Positions 27,463 through 37,824 of a DNA stretch of 64,000 bases are shown here, piece by piece. Numbering within the stretch: position 1 is the first letter of the stretch; each line of letters begins with the position of its first letter. The notes below the pieces were generated by a model. The model saw only the letters and a program-made list of their open reading frames with translations, searched no databases and was not told the DNA's origin. This DNA is from a virus (Duplodnaviria; Caudoviricetes). The DNA lies in IMG/VR virus record IMGVR_UViG_3300019124_000001, positions 99,788 to 163,787 of that record, one strand, 5' to 3'. The position numbers and the translations under genes were made by a program.

Positions 27463-27592
27463 AGCATGGTTGATTTTTGCATTAATTTTTAGCGTATGCG
27501 CCACGATTTTTACTTGGGGTACTTTATGGTGCTACGTCTGTATGCTATGTATTGTCTCTAATGCAAGTGCATTAGTATTCGATCAAGACTAA
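27455..27592 (+). CDS. 45-aa membrane peptide
   Basis: GGAGG RBS, hydrophobic Cys-rich ORF. Confidence 0.4.
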   Translation: MYRAWLIFALIFSVCATIFTWGTLWCYVCMLCIVSNASALVFDQD

Positions 27593-27689
27593 ACCCAGAA
27601 TAAAATAGAAATTCGGAATACAAGTGACAACGGGGCTGTCATGAGATAGCCCTTCTTTTGTCTGCCGATGAAAGGAAGATTTCAGAATT

Positions 27690-30600
27690 ATGTGTCAAAA
27701 TCATTCCCCTTTTGTAAACCTTCATGTCCACACAGCGTACTCCCTCTTGGATTCCATTTCCAAACCGCAAGATATTATGAACAAGGTTAAAGCTATGGGA
27801 CAGCCAGCAGTCGCAATTACGGAGCATGGGAACGTGTTTTCGGCTGTTAAAGCGACGAAATTGGCAAAAGCACTAGGAGTTAAGCACATCTACGGTTGTG
27901 AATTCTACACATGCGACAATCGTTTCGAGAAGAATAAAGATCGTGCATATTACCACATGACTATTCTTGCTAAGAACGAATCTGGTCGTATCAACATCAA
28001 CAAACTGGTATCCATTGCAAATATCGAAGGATTTTACCGCAAGCCCCGTATTGACTTCGAACTGCTTCAGCAGTACGGAGAAGGCTTGATCATCTTGTCA
28101 GGGTGTATGGCTTCCGAGCTTCAGCAAACGCTTGCAGGGGGCAAGATTGGAGATAGGGATGTAGTCGTAACACCAGAAAACTACAGACGAGCAAAGCAAG
28201 TTGCCGCTCGTTACAAGAAGCTCTTTGGCGACGATTACTATATCGAAGTTCAGTCTCACCGTGATCATCGTCAACAAACCCTTAACCGCTATCTCGTAAA
28301 CATTGCGAAAGAGCTTGGTATTAAATGGGTTGCTACTGCTGACTCGCACTTCGTAGAAGAGAGCGACATGGAGCTTCATGGTATCTTCGTGCAAATCGGT
28401 CAGTCTCGCGAAGTAGGGGAGACGTATCACGACACACAATTGCAATCCGAAGAAGAAGCTCGTGTTCGTCTGAAACCAGCATTGACGGACGAAGAGATCG
28501 ACGTGGCAATTTCAACTACGATGGAAATTATGGAAAAATGTAACGCTAAAATTCCATTGTCTGCACCGCTGATCCCGCACGTAGAGGTTCCCGAATACTA
28601 CAACGGTATAAAAATCGAAGACGAAGATGATTTTCTTCAAAAGCTGTGCAATGAGGGTTGGAAAAAACGTGGTATCCACTTGAAGCGCAATCAGAAAGTT
28701 TTGCGATACAAAGACGGTTCTTGGATTCATATTCAAGGTGCTAACGAATCTGGAAGAATTCTATTGGCAAAATATGAAATCGAACAAGGAAACGCCGAGC
28801 TAGTCCCATTGACAGACATCTATAAGGAACGTCTGCTTTACGAATATAATGCCGTATCTAAAATGGGCTTCACTGGCTACTACCTCATGGTTCGCTCCTA
28901 CGCCAACTCAGTGCGTAGACGTGGTATTGCGCGTGGCTCTGGTGGGGGTTCCCTTATTGCGTACCTCTTGAACATCGTCAACATCGACCCTGTGCGGTTC
29001 AACTTGAAATTTGAACGCTTTATTGATGTGGCGCAACTTGAACTTCTTCAGAATGGACAAATTACGCCAGAAGAATTGAAAATTCCAGACTTCGATCTCG
29101 ACTTTGGAACAGAGGAACGAGAGAAGGTTATCCAATATATTGTTGAAACCTACGGCAAGGATCGAGTGGCTTCCATCGGTACGTTTATGAACATGAAAGA
29201 CAAGTCTGCCGTCAAAGACGTTGGTCGCGTTCTAAATATTCCTTTTAACGTAACTAATGAAATTACCAAGATAATGGACGAAGATTCAATCGAAGAGTGC
29301 ATTAAGGATGGACGTTTAGCTGTCTTTGCTCAAAAATATCCTAAATTATTTGAGTATGCCCAAAAGCTCTCTGGTTTGCCGCGTTCATTCTCCATGCATC
29401 CATGCGGCAAGGTAATCACCATTGATGAACTGAATCACTATACTGGTCTTTCGGTCAACGAAGGTGAATTAGTGTTCCACTTGGACATGAAGGACTGCGA
29501 AGCATTGGGGCTTGTTAAGATCGACACCCTTGGTCTTCGAACAGTAGACGTGGAGTACGATACTATCGACATGATTTTGGATGATCAAAATCTTTTGCCC
29601 ATTCTTTTAGAATGGGGCGATGCGAAGGGCATCAACTATAATGTTAATGACCGTCAATCACTGGAACAGCTTGCAGAGAAATTACTTGATCCTGATTACA
29701 TGGATTTCGAAGACCCAAAAGTTCTCGAAGTATTCCAGAATGGTTTTACTGATGGCGTATTTCAATTCGAATCCGAAGGCATGAAGAAGACGCTGAAAGA
29801 AATGAAGCCAACAGGCATTGACGATCTTGCAGTTGCGAATGCTTTGTACAGACCCGGAAGTTTGAAGTATATTCCGAACTACATTGCTCGTAAGCATGGC
29901 TTAGAGAAATATAGTTATCTTCATCCAACTCTGAAACCGATCTTGGAGAAATCGTTCGGGATCATTGTTTTCCAAGAACAGTTGATTGACATTGGTCGAA
30001 TGGCTGGACTTCGGAATCCTGACAAACTTCGTATCGCAACAGGCAAAAAGATTCAGTCTGTCATGGACGAAGTTCGCCCTGAATTGCTAGAGGGTTTGTT
30101 AAAAATGGGATGGACTAAAGAGCAATTCGAGCAACTTTGGGCAGATATGTTGGAGTTTGCAAAATACTCCTTCAATGCTTCCCACAGTTACGCATACGCA
30201 ATCATTGCCTTTGCATGTGCATATCTGAAAACGTACTTCCCTGTGCAATTCATGACTGCCCTCTTTAACTCCTACGAGGGCAAGCACGACCGTATGGATG
30301 TGTGTTATCGTGAAGCTCGTCGTCTTGGCGTTGAAATCAAACCGTTGTCGATTGTGCATCCTTCTGCCACCTGTGAAGTAGTTAACGGTAAAATTAACTA
30401 CGGTTTGACGCTAATCAAACACTGTAACCGCCAGATTGCTAGAGAACTTAAAGAGATCGGTTGGGGCTACAAGGACTTCACAGAAATGCTTGTAGCAATC
30501 AAAGAGAAAACCTCTGTTAATGCAAGGCAATTGCAAATCTTAATCAAACTCGGTTTCTTCGACTTGTTCGGGAAGCGCGAACGTTTGATTAAGGTGTGGC

Positions 30601-31118
30601 AATTGTTTGACAAACGTTACAAAACAACCCATAAGGAAAAGACGAAGGTAGCACGTATTGCAGAAATTCGTGAGTTCGAACATTCGTTTGACAACGAAAT
30701 CGGAAAGGCATTGCACGAGCTTTCGGCCAAGGAAGCATATGATGCAATCAGTGAAACCATCAGAAATGAACGAGAATACTATGGTTATGCAATGACCAAC
30801 TACTGCAACATCAATGAAAATTTGTATATGGTCGTTGGCATCGACACCAAGTACACTCCGAAGATCACGCTTTTGAATTTGAAATATGGCGTTGAAGAAG
30901 AAGTGAAGATGAAGAAAGCATTTTTCTTCAAGAAAGAAATTGATGGTTCGATGGTTGAAACAATGTTTGTTAACGACATCATTGAAGTCAGCAAGTTTGC
31001 AACTCGCGCCAAGCAGACGATGGACGCAAGTGGCAACTGGGTTCCAACTGGCGAATTGGACAAGTATATCGAAGTTGCAAAACTAAAACACAGGATGGTG
31101 GATAAAGTTGATGAATAA
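27690..31118 (+). CDS. dnaE: DNA polymerase III alpha subunit (DnaE type)
   Basis: PHP HVHTAYSLLD, RGSGGGSL, PDFDLDF, KIDTLGL, GVFQFES, YSFNASH. Confidence 0.96.
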   Translation: MCQNHSPFVNLHVHTAYSLLDSISKPQDIMNKVKAMGQPAVAITEHGNVFSAVKATKLAKALGVKHIYGCEFYTCDNRFEKNKDRAYYHMTILAKNESGRININKLVSIANIEGFYRKPRIDFELLQQYGEGLIILSGCMASELQQTLAGGKIGDRDVVVTPENYRRAKQVAARYKKLFGDDYYIEVQSHRDHRQQTLNRYLVNIAKELGIKWVATADSHFVEESDMELHGIFVQIGQSREVGETYHDTQLQSEEEARVRLKPALTDEEIDVAISTTMEIMEKCNAKIPLSAPLIPHVEVPEYYNGIKIEDEDDFLQKLCNEGWKKRGIHLKRNQKVLRYKDGSWIHIQGANESGRILLAKYEIEQGNAELVPLTDIYKERLLYEYNAVSKMGFTGYYLMVRSYANSVRRRGIARGSGGGSLIAYLLNIVNIDPVRFNLKFERFIDVAQLELLQNGQITPEELKIPDFDLDFGTEEREKVIQYIVETYGKDRVASIGTFMNMKDKSAVKDVGRVLNIPFNVTNEITKIMDEDSIEECIKDGRLAVFAQKYPKLFEYAQKLSGLPRSFSMHPCGKVITIDELNHYTGLSVNEGELVFHLDMKDCEALGLVKIDTLGLRTVDVEYDTIDMILDDQNLLPILLEWGDAKGINYNVNDRQSLEQLAEKLLDPDYMDFEDPKVLEVFQNGFTDGVFQFESEGMKKTLKEMKPTGIDDLAVANALYRPGSLKYIPNYIARKHGLEKYSYLHPTLKPILEKSFGIIVFQEQLIDIGRMAGLRNPDKLRIATGKKIQSVMDEVRPELLEGLLKMGWTKEQFEQLWADMLEFAKYSFNASHSYAYAIIAFACAYLKTYFPVQFMTALFNSYEGKHDRMDVCYREARRLGVEIKPLSIVHPSATCEVVNGKINYGLTLIKHCNRQIARELKEIGWGYKDFTEMLVAIKEKTSVNARQLQILIKLGFFDLFGKRERLIKVWQLFDKRYKTTHKEKTKVARIAEIREFEHSFDNEIGKALHELSAKEAYDAISETIRNEREYYGYAMTNYCNINENLYMVVGIDTKYTPKITLLNLKYGVEEEVKMKKAFFFKKEIDGSMVETMFVNDIIEVSKFATRAKQTMDASGNWVPTGELDKYIEVAKLKHRMVDKVDE

Positions 31119-31431
31119 ACTTCTATTGCCTGAACATCTACTGCCACAACGCCCCAAATACGGGTGGTTTGGATTAACGGCAGAAAGCATCTTTGCTCCT
31201 TTGGTTGACATAATTAAAGAATCTGGCGTTCATTTGAAGTCATATCACCAAGAAGATACTTTATATCAGCATATTCCTTCAATGAGCCATAAGTACTATT
31301 TAATATATCCGCGACAAAATATGAAGATAGACCTTTTAAAAATTCTAAAAAGCATGAGTCCAGAAATGCGCATAGCGTACTTAGACAAATATGGTGTAAA
31401 ACATTTTGTGAGAGGAAATAACAAACAATGA
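31108..31431 (+). CDS. Hypothetical protein
   Basis: 107-aa ORF overlapping neighbours. Confidence 0.55.
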   Translation: MMNKLLLPEHLLPQRPKYGWFGLTAESIFAPLVDIIKESGVHLKSYHQEDTLYQHIPSMSHKYYLIYPRQNMKIDLLKILKSMSPEMRIAYLDKYGVKHFVRGNNKQ

Positions 31432-32039
31432 GTTACTTGTATGGGTTTGATTTATCCTTAAATTCTTCTGGCGTAGCGATCTTCGATATGAAGACGCTAC
31501 GACCAGTGTATGTGTCAATCATTCCAACTGATGATAAAATGTCAGACGGAAAAAGGCTTTATTGGATTGCGAAATATATTTCTGACCTTCGCCGTCAGTA
31601 CCCGCCAACAGCTATTGCCATAGAAGATACGTTCTTAGCTACAGGTGCACAAAAGAATGTACAGTCAAAAGCAAAGTTAGATAAGGTTCACGGTGTAATC
31701 AATTTTCTATTCCACGATGTAAACCAAAGGTATTATACAGCATCCGAATGGAAGGCTAAGGTTTTAGCTGGTAACGCAACGAAGAAGATGATTCGTGATG
31801 TGGTATCAGCAAAATATCCAGAAGTAATATTCAATTCTGAAGCAAAAGGCAAGGACGGATACGACGATAGTGACGCATTTGGGATTTGCCTAGCTTGGTT
31901 AATTGAAAATAAACTGATAGAATGGGAAAAAACTGTAAGACCACAAAAGTCTAAACCTATCAAGAAGCCTTTGCCAAAAAAATCTGCCAAAAAGAAACCA
32001 TCAAAGGAAGCAATGCAATCTTTGAAAGGGAAAAAATGA
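31428..32039 (+). CDS. RuvC-like Holliday junction resolvase
   Basis: GFDLSLNSSG, IAIED, GNATK, DDSDA. Confidence 0.85.
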   Translation: MSYLYGFDLSLNSSGVAIFDMKTLRPVYVSIIPTDDKMSDGKRLYWIAKYISDLRRQYPPTAIAIEDTFLATGAQKNVQSKAKLDKVHGVINFLFHDVNQRYYTASEWKAKVLAGNATKKMIRDVVSAKYPEVIFNSEAKGKDGYDDSDAFGICLAWLIENKLIEWEKTVRPQKSKPIKKPLPKKSAKKKPSKEAMQSLKGKK

Positions 32040-32053
32040 TATGCCTAGAACTT

Positions 32054-32095
32054 ACAAAGCAAGAGGGAACACTTGTTCCCTCTTGCTTTGTTTTG
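32054..32095 (+). terminator. Intrinsic terminator ending the replication operon
   Basis: CAAAGCAAGAGGGAAC-ACTT-GTTCCCTCTTGCTTTG then T tract. Confidence 0.9.
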
Positions 32096-32111
32096 ATTTT
32101 TGAAGTATAAT
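32083..32111 (+). promoter_or_regulatory. SigA-type promoter for sprT-like unit
   Basis: TTGCTT-17-TATAAT. Confidence 0.65.
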
Positions 32112-32152
32112 ATTCAATAAGGACGGACAACATAGTATTGGGGGTGTAAATA

Positions 32153-32821
32153 GTGGCAACAGCCGAGATTTTAAGAAGTGATATGGAACGTGCGATTGTC
32201 GAGTTACATAAGATTTTTCGCTATCTGAATAAGACCTATTTCAATAATGTTCTGATCGAACCAGTTATCTTAATTCAGCATCAAGGCAATCGCAGAGCGA
32301 ACGTATTAGGTTGGTGTACTGTCGGTAAGATATGGAGAGACAAGGAGAATAAAATATCGAACTACGAAATCACAATCACGGCAGAGTATGCCAACCGCCC
32401 TTACGAAGAGATTGCGGAAACGATGCTTCATGAGATGGTACACCTGTATTGCGCCATGAGGGAAATAAAAGACACCAGCAGAGGAAACACATATCACAAC
32501 AAACGATTCAAGGAGCAAGCAGAGCGCGTTGACTTGAAAGTCGAGCACAACGATAAATACGGATGGGCATTTACGTCTCCTACCGAGAAGCTATTGAACA
32601 CTCTATTGCGTATGCCTGACCGCAACCTTGAAGCCTTCACAATGGCTAGAACATTCGGTGGTAGGGGGTACAGAAGCGGAGAAGATCAAAGTGAAAACGA
32701 GGGAAAGCGCAAAACATCTTGGAAGTATCAGTGTCCAAATTGTGAAATGAGCATCAGAGCATCGAAGGTCGTCAATGTAAAATGTGGCGATTGTGACAAA
32801 ACAATGGAGGAGGTGATATGA
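32153..32821 (+). CDS. SprT-like zinc metalloprotease
   Basis: HEMVH...YHNKRFK; C-terminal CPNC/CGDC Zn ribbon. Confidence 0.88.
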   Translation: MATAEILRSDMERAIVELHKIFRYLNKTYFNNVLIEPVILIQHQGNRRANVLGWCTVGKIWRDKENKISNYEITITAEYANRPYEEIAETMLHEMVHLYCAMREIKDTSRGNTYHNKRFKEQAERVDLKVEHNDKYGWAFTSPTEKLLNTLLRMPDRNLEAFTMARTFGGRGYRSGEDQSENEGKRKTSWKYQCPNCEMSIRASKVVNVKCGDCDKTMEEVI

Positions 32822-33115
32822 TTGACCGTCAAGAAGTGGTGCCTTGATATACAAAATTGGATTCGCTATCTACAAGGTCAATGGGTTACTTCTTATCGAA
32901 ACGAAGAGTTTGATTCAGACGATAAGATTATTGGCGCATTAAACTTATTAAATTCTATGCTATGGAATAAAAAGATGGAACCAAGAGTAAGAGCAGAATC
33001 TTTTGTAATGTACGAAAAACTTGAAAAACAAATAGCCATAATGAAAGAGCATAACGGACACGTAAACAAGGAGGAATTGTGGTCTATTTGGAATTCAATA
33101 CAAATAGAAGAATAA
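32822..33115 (+). CDS. Hypothetical protein
   Basis: 97 aa, GGAGGTG RBS. Confidence 0.6.
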   Translation: MTVKKWCLDIQNWIRYLQGQWVTSYRNEEFDSDDKIIGALNLLNSMLWNKKMEPRVRAESFVMYEKLEKQIAIMKEHNGHVNKEELWSIWNSIQIEE

Positions 33116-33153
33116 AAAAGAAACCACTACCTTAATTGGTAGTGGTTTCTTTT
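33116..33153. terminator. Bidirectional terminator at the convergence of the two arms
   Basis: AAAAGAAACCACTACC-TTAATT-GGTAGTGGTTTCTTTT. Confidence 0.85.
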
Positions 33154-33458
33154 CGTGTTTCTGGCAACAGATTGACCGCAGATTCAATTGCGATCTCAAT
33201 TGCACGTTTTGTCGTTTCGTTGACATTAATTTTCATATCTCTCAATATTTGCACTACTGCATCGACAGCAAAACGCTTCTTGTGTTCGTTAGACTCTAGC
33301 TTATATACCTGTTCAACGTATCGAACAGCGTGTTCAGCTATTGTCGCCACGACACCGAAATCAACTTTCCCCTTTCGGAAGTGTCCGACAATCATATATA
33401 TGCCAATTGCTAATACCGCAAGGCATGTAATGATGCTGAGAACCGTGTAGTCCATCAT
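33132..33458 (-). CDS. Phage holin (LL-H family-like)
   Basis: N-terminal TM, AV.YVEQ...K...A...IE.AV. Confidence 0.8.
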   Translation of the reverse strand: MMDYTVLSIITCLAVLAIGIYMIVGHFRKGKVDFGVVATIAEHAVRYVEQVYKLESNEHKKRFAVDAVVQILRDMKINVNETTKRAIEIAIESAVNLLPETRKETTTN

Positions 33459-33481
33459 CTTTCCCCTTCTCCCCTATCATA

Positions 33482-34417
33482 TTAGGTAGTTGGTAATCCA
33501 GCCTTAGTGCGCAGAAAGTTAGCTGACTGGTGTAGAACTTCTTGAACGTTTTGATCATTTGTAGCACTGTAAATACTTCCAAGAATCGCAATTACCTTTT
33601 GGATTGCATCTTTATCCATTTGAACTTCATCCTTCTTGACTTGCTTGTAGTTGTCCCAAATCCACTCATTATCAGAGATGCGAACAACGGAAGCATTTTC
33701 CCACTGTTTTGCGTAACTTACTGCATCTGCTTGATTTACAAATGATCTAAGGAATTTGTCATTCTGATAAACATTGAATTGAGGTTTTAGCGACTGACGT
33801 ATAGCGTCCAGAGAACGTGCATAGTTCATATCCACTCCACCATTTACGCCAACTACAGCCCCCTTATCTGTAAATTGCCAAATTGTCCAATCTGTCCAGC
33901 CACCGAAATTGGGCAATTGTACAGTTGCGAGGTTCCCACTTGTATAGTTAGCATACCACAATGGCATATCCGCAAGAGCATTATTGAAGCCATTTTTCAT
34001 GTCTGCAAACCATTTTCCCGTATATAATATTACGCGCATTTGAAGTTCATTTTCAACAATTTCACGGAATCGCTTAATCCACCCGACTAATGCATTTGCT
34101 CCAATTGTTCCAACTTCAATATCAAGTACTGGACAAAGGTCTAATTTTAAGCCCTTAATTACAGACAAATACCATTGAGCCTCCTTGTCAGCACTGTTAT
34201 TGTCGGGACGAGCGAAGTGATACGCTCCCACTGGAATACCAGCCGCATTCGCTTTTGTCACGTTGTTAACAAGATATGGGTCTTTGAACGTTGAACCTTC
34301 GGACGCTTTAACGTAGACAAACTGAATGCCTTGTGCTTTGAACTTAGAGAAATCAACATTTCCTTGATGATTACTTATGTCAACACCCATAATATTATGA
34401 GCTTGAAGTGCTTGCAT
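33482..34417 (-). CDS. Endolysin, GH25 muramidase
   Basis: GVDISNHQG, KASEG, GAYHF, LDIE, WQFT, VDMN. Confidence 0.95.
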   Translation of the reverse strand: MQALQAHNIMGVDISNHQGNVDFSKFKAQGIQFVYVKASEGSTFKDPYLVNNVTKANAAGIPVGAYHFARPDNNSADKEAQWYLSVIKGLKLDLCPVLDIEVGTIGANALVGWIKRFREIVENELQMRVILYTGKWFADMKNGFNNALADMPLWYANYTSGNLATVQLPNFGGWTDWTIWQFTDKGAVVGVNGGVDMNYARSLDAIRQSLKPQFNVYQNDKFLRSFVNQADAVSYAKQWENASVVRISDNEWIWDNYKQVKKDEVQMDKDAIQKVIAILGSIYSATNDQNVQEVLHQSANFLRTKAGLPTT

Positions 34418-34419
34418 TT

Positions 34420-34713
34420 CTAAAATCCTCCTTTTTGCGTATGATCATATTGAATTGGTTCGCCAGAGGTAGGTGAAAATGGGCTATTTGAAATGTCACC
34501 CCTATTACTGCGAATAACACTGGAAATACTGCCGACAACATTAACGCCAGCAATAGACATGATTATGGTTTCTAGTAGAGTCAACCAATTGTTCGTGATG
34601 TCTCCGTACTTAAAGTAAGCGTAGCATCCAAACCCCGTTATTACAAATAGACAGATCACTAGAGAAGACACCTTCATTTCATCTATAGAAAAACCATCTT
34701 TCAAAAACTTCAT
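34420..34713 (-). CDS. Holin-like membrane protein
   Basis: Two TMs, upstream of endolysin. Confidence 0.65.
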   Translation of the reverse strand: MKFLKDGFSIDEMKVSSLVICLFVITGFGCYAYFKYGDITNNWLTLLETIIMSIAGVNVVGSISSVIRSNRGDISNSPFSPTSGEPIQYDHTQKGGF

Positions 34714-34747
34714 TGAAATTCACCTCCCCTAGCTCCAATTCTATACT

Positions 34748-35134
34748 TTAATTTGCTTGGAAATACATCGTACCAATACCAATGCAAATTGTGACAAGAC
34801 CGCCAATAATCCATTGAAAGACTCTGTTTCTGTCGTCAATAAATTGCCTAAAGTCTTTGAGTTGGTTCTGGAAATCCAATTTGGCAACTTCCAAGTCTTT
34901 TTCATTATCTTTGCATTGCAACAGAGCTTCGCTTGCTTTGCGTTCAGCCTCATAAGCGACCTGCTCAGTCTTTTCTGCTCGTTTTATCTGATCCTCCTGT
35001 CGTGTTTCCATCCTCACGACACGCTCCTTAATTTCGTTCATTGTATCTGCTAGTTTGTCCAACTTGTCAGACAAATTTGAATCAATGACACGTCTATCTT
35101 GACCTTCCCAAGACATTTGACTACACCTCCCCAT
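34748..35134 (-). CDS. XhlA-like lysis protein
   Basis: Coiled coil plus C-terminal TM; start possibly 35116. Confidence 0.7.
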   Translation of the reverse strand: MGRCSQMSWEGQDRRVIDSNLSDKLDKLADTMNEIKERVVRMETRQEDQIKRAEKTEQVAYEAERKASEALLQCKDNEKDLEVAKLDFQNQLKDFRQFIDDRNRVFQWIIGGLVTICIGIGTMYFQAN

Positions 35135-35313
35135 TGTTTTACCAAATAATATAAGCCTACATAGAAATTACCTCCTTTGATAAATATTTATCTTATTTTA
35201 ACTTATTGGTGCTAATAAATATATCCATTATTACATGCTTAGTTTAATGCAAAGAATATAAATATATAGTGGGATTTTCTGCCTATTTTATTTTCATAAA
35301 ATGCCAATTTCAT

Positions 35314-35568
35314 CTATGCAATTACAATACCTTGCGTGTAGTCAAACAGTCGAAGATCGTATTCAACACCTTGAAAATGAATATGATCGCCACGGTCAAG
35401 CGTGATATACAGTTCTCCAATCGTCTCACTCAGCAAGCCCTCGATTACATCTTGCAATCTAGTTATATCATTAACTAGTATAACGGTAGCATAATGAGCA
35501 TTTCCCATTTCGCCCATTAACATAAGATATTGGCCTTCATAAAATCTTTTTAACATTTCGTTCAACAT
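35314..35568 (-). CDS. Hypothetical protein
   Basis: 84 aa, GGAGGTG RBS. Confidence 0.6.
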   Translation of the reverse strand: MLNEMLKRFYEGQYLMLMGEMGNAHYATVILVNDITRLQDVIEGLLSETIGELYITLDRGDHIHFQGVEYDLRLFDYTQGIVIA

Positions 35569-35612
35569 AGTTACACCTCCAATGTGAGTGAGGGTACAAA
35601 TGTACCCTCAGA

Positions 35613-35876
35613 TTAATCCGCGCTGTCTGTTGGCGTAGTCTCTGGCATGTCTGGATTATAAGCAAGTGTTTGATCGTATTCTTCTTGTGTAATCCATGTT
35701 TTTACAAGTGCATTGTCGATAACACTCTTATAAAAGTTGTTTGCCGCATATTGTTTTACTGGCTCATGATATTCAAGAGGAATACCAGAGTATCCGTCTC
35801 TTGCCGTAAAACGCTGTGTTCCTTGACAATAAATTGTATTCGCATAGTTTGATGTTTTAAAAGTGTAAATTGGCAT
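35613..35876 (-). CDS. XkdX-like small tail-associated protein
   Basis: WITQEEY motif; position after fibre chaperone. Confidence 0.6.
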   Translation of the reverse strand: MPIYTFKTSNYANTIYCQGTQRFTARDGYSGIPLEYHEPVKQYAANNFYKSVIDNALVKTWITQEEYDQTLAYNPDMPETTPTDSAD

Positions 35877-35892
35877 GGCTTGCCCCTCCTGA

Positions 35893-36324
35893 TTATAAAA
35901 TTCCAGCTTCCGTCATATAGGCAATCAAACCGTCTACAGTGTCGGACAACGCTTTATTGGAAGATTCTAAATTTCTATTTCTTTCAGACAATTCAGAAAT
36001 TTTTGCTTCCGAAGTAGCCTTGTCAAATTCCAATTTTGAAATTCTTTCTTTGTTAGTCAGAGGTTTTTGACCTACCTCATACCACAACTTTACCTCTGAA
36101 TAGATGGTATTAGCGTCTGGCTCTTGCGGCAGGGTCGCAGGATCAACAAATAAGCCAACTAAAGATTCATTGGCACTAACCACTGGTTCCTGCGGCAGAG
36201 AATCAACAAGAATTCCGTCCGCTTTGTCTTCTTCAGATAGTATTGAAGGGTCAAAACATTGATAGTTCACCAAATATTTCCCACTAGGTACTTCGATCCA
36301 TCTAATGAAAATCGCCATTATCAA
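35893..36324 (-). CDS. Tail fibre chaperone-like protein
   Basis: GILVDSLP, WYE, C-terminal coiled coil; follows fibre gene. Confidence 0.6.
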   Translation of the reverse strand: MIMAIFIRWIEVPSGKYLVNYQCFDPSILSEEDKADGILVDSLPQEPVVSANESLVGLFVDPATLPQEPDANTIYSEVKLWYEVGQKPLTNKERISKLEFDKATSEAKISELSERNRNLESSNKALSDTVDGLIAYMTEAGIL

Positions 36325-36341
36325 TTACTCCTTCACTTTTG

Positions 36342-37805
36342 TTATTTTAACGTCACTCTTACCTTACACTTTATTATTGCACTGTTGCCATTCCAAAGAT
36401 AGAGGTTTCCATTGTAAAATCCTTGGGTAGTTCCATTAAAGCCGTCACTTTGAGATATCCTCGTAACCGTCGAATCCATCGCTCCACTTGACGGATTTAC
36501 TTTCTTTAATCCATCATTTCTTCCAATTGCGTAGATATACCCATCCGTAGAGTCAATTCCAGCCATAAATTGACTATTGCTTGAAGATGAGTCTGAATTT
36601 AGGTTTACGCTCCAAAAAACATTTCCTGAGTCTGGAAAAAGCCTATAAAGTATGCTTCCTCCATTTTGCAAGGCATATAGTTCACCGTTGGCACTAACTC
36701 TCAATACAGTGTTTCCTAATGTAGAATTCTTCCAAACGAACCCACCGTTTGGACCTAATTTTACGATATTACCTGCTAAATCGCTATAATAAATTCCACC
36801 AAAATTATCTACAACAATGGAATTTATTTGCGAATTTAGTCCAGAAGATATATACTGCCAGATTGCAGAAAGTGCCGAATCTCGCTTATAAATATAGCCA
36901 TTAGTATTACCATATATTACAGTATTATCGTAGGAACTATAAGCCAATGCTGTTAAATCCCAACTAGTGCCACCTATAGTAGCGCTCGCCACGTGACCGC
37001 CAGTTGCATTTAACGCTTTTGCAAAACCACTAGTCATTCCAAGATATGCTGTACCATTAGCACCCAAACACATTTTAACGCTACTGTAGGTCGTCCCTGG
37101 CTCCCATGTCCAAGCAACGCTGGTAACGTCATTTGCGGATATGGTATATCTGGAAGTATAATATCCGCTACATGTTCTCCAATCTGTTTCAGTTACCATG
37201 TATGTGTTTGCACCACGCGCTGGATAGGTTTTTTCCACAACGGCAACAACACCGATCTTCGTAGCAGAGATGGTTTCACCAATCGAATAATCTCCTACTG
37301 GAATAGAATTGACTCCATCTGCTAGCTGTTGAAAGGTATGAGGGGCAGTTCCAGATACCGTGCCCCCTTTTCCAGTAATGGCGGTAGCTACTTGTGCCTT
37401 CCCATTACTTACAGAGTTGAAAAGCGTATCGTAATCACGTTGGTCAAGAATCTTCCTCCAAGGACTCCACGTTCCTCCGCTTCCATTGCCAATTTTTTGT
37501 CGTTCATACTTAGCTCCGCCAGCAAAATCCCACATCGTTTGAGTAACCCAATTAGTCCCATTCGCGCTATGATTATGGACTACGCAATAACGCCAAGTAT
37601 GATTCGTTTCACTAGGACATGCATTTGCCATATTTTGACCGTCATAAAGCCCATTGGTTATAACATTGTTCCAATCTCCTATGCTTGTAGCGTTTTGCGT
37701 CCCCTTAACTGCATAATAAGACGGTAGCTGACCTCCTAGTTTATCTGCATTAGTGGCATCAATTTCAATCCAAACTCCATTGTTTAAAATTTTTCCCTTT
37801 GCCAC
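36342..37805 (-). CDS. Tail fibre/receptor-binding protein
   Basis: GTG start after GGAGG; knob-like WSPW motif, VSNGK...AI..KG, C-terminal beta-propeller-like repeats. Confidence 0.8.
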   Translation of the reverse strand: MAKGKILNNGVWIEIDATNADKLGGQLPSYYAVKGTQNATSIGDWNNVITNGLYDGQNMANACPSETNHTWRYCVVHNHSANGTNWVTQTMWDFAGGAKYERQKIGNGSGGTWSPWRKILDQRDYDTLFNSVSNGKAQVATAITGKGGTVSGTAPHTFQQLADGVNSIPVGDYSIGETISATKIGVVAVVEKTYPARGANTYMVTETDWRTCSGYYTSRYTISANDVTSVAWTWEPGTTYSSVKMCLGANGTAYLGMTSGFAKALNATGGHVASATIGGTSWDLTALAYSSYDNTVIYGNTNGYIYKRDSALSAIWQYISSGLNSQINSIVVDNFGGIYYSDLAGNIVKLGPNGGFVWKNSTLGNTVLRVSANGELYALQNGGSILYRLFPDSGNVFWSVNLNSDSSSSNSQFMAGIDSTDGYIYAIGRNDGLKKVNPSSGAMDSTVTRISQSDGFNGTTQGFYNGNLYLWNGNSAIIKCKVRVTLK

Positions 37806-37824
37806 GCTTCTTTCCTCCATTCTG

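Noticed and set aside
27667-27686. Another palindromic site before dnaE (GATGAAA-GGAAGA-TTTCAGA)
   Set aside because: Only a partial match overlapping the RBS with no upstream stop codon in the arm; may be chance
10920-31118. Inteins or introns in nrdE, nrdF or dnaE
   Set aside because: Genes are continuous and of ordinary length; DnaE has only short insertions without intein motifs
36342-37320. Diversity-generating retroelement or invertible fibre tips
   Set aside because: No reverse transcriptase, template repeat or duplicated inverted fibre ends seen in the window
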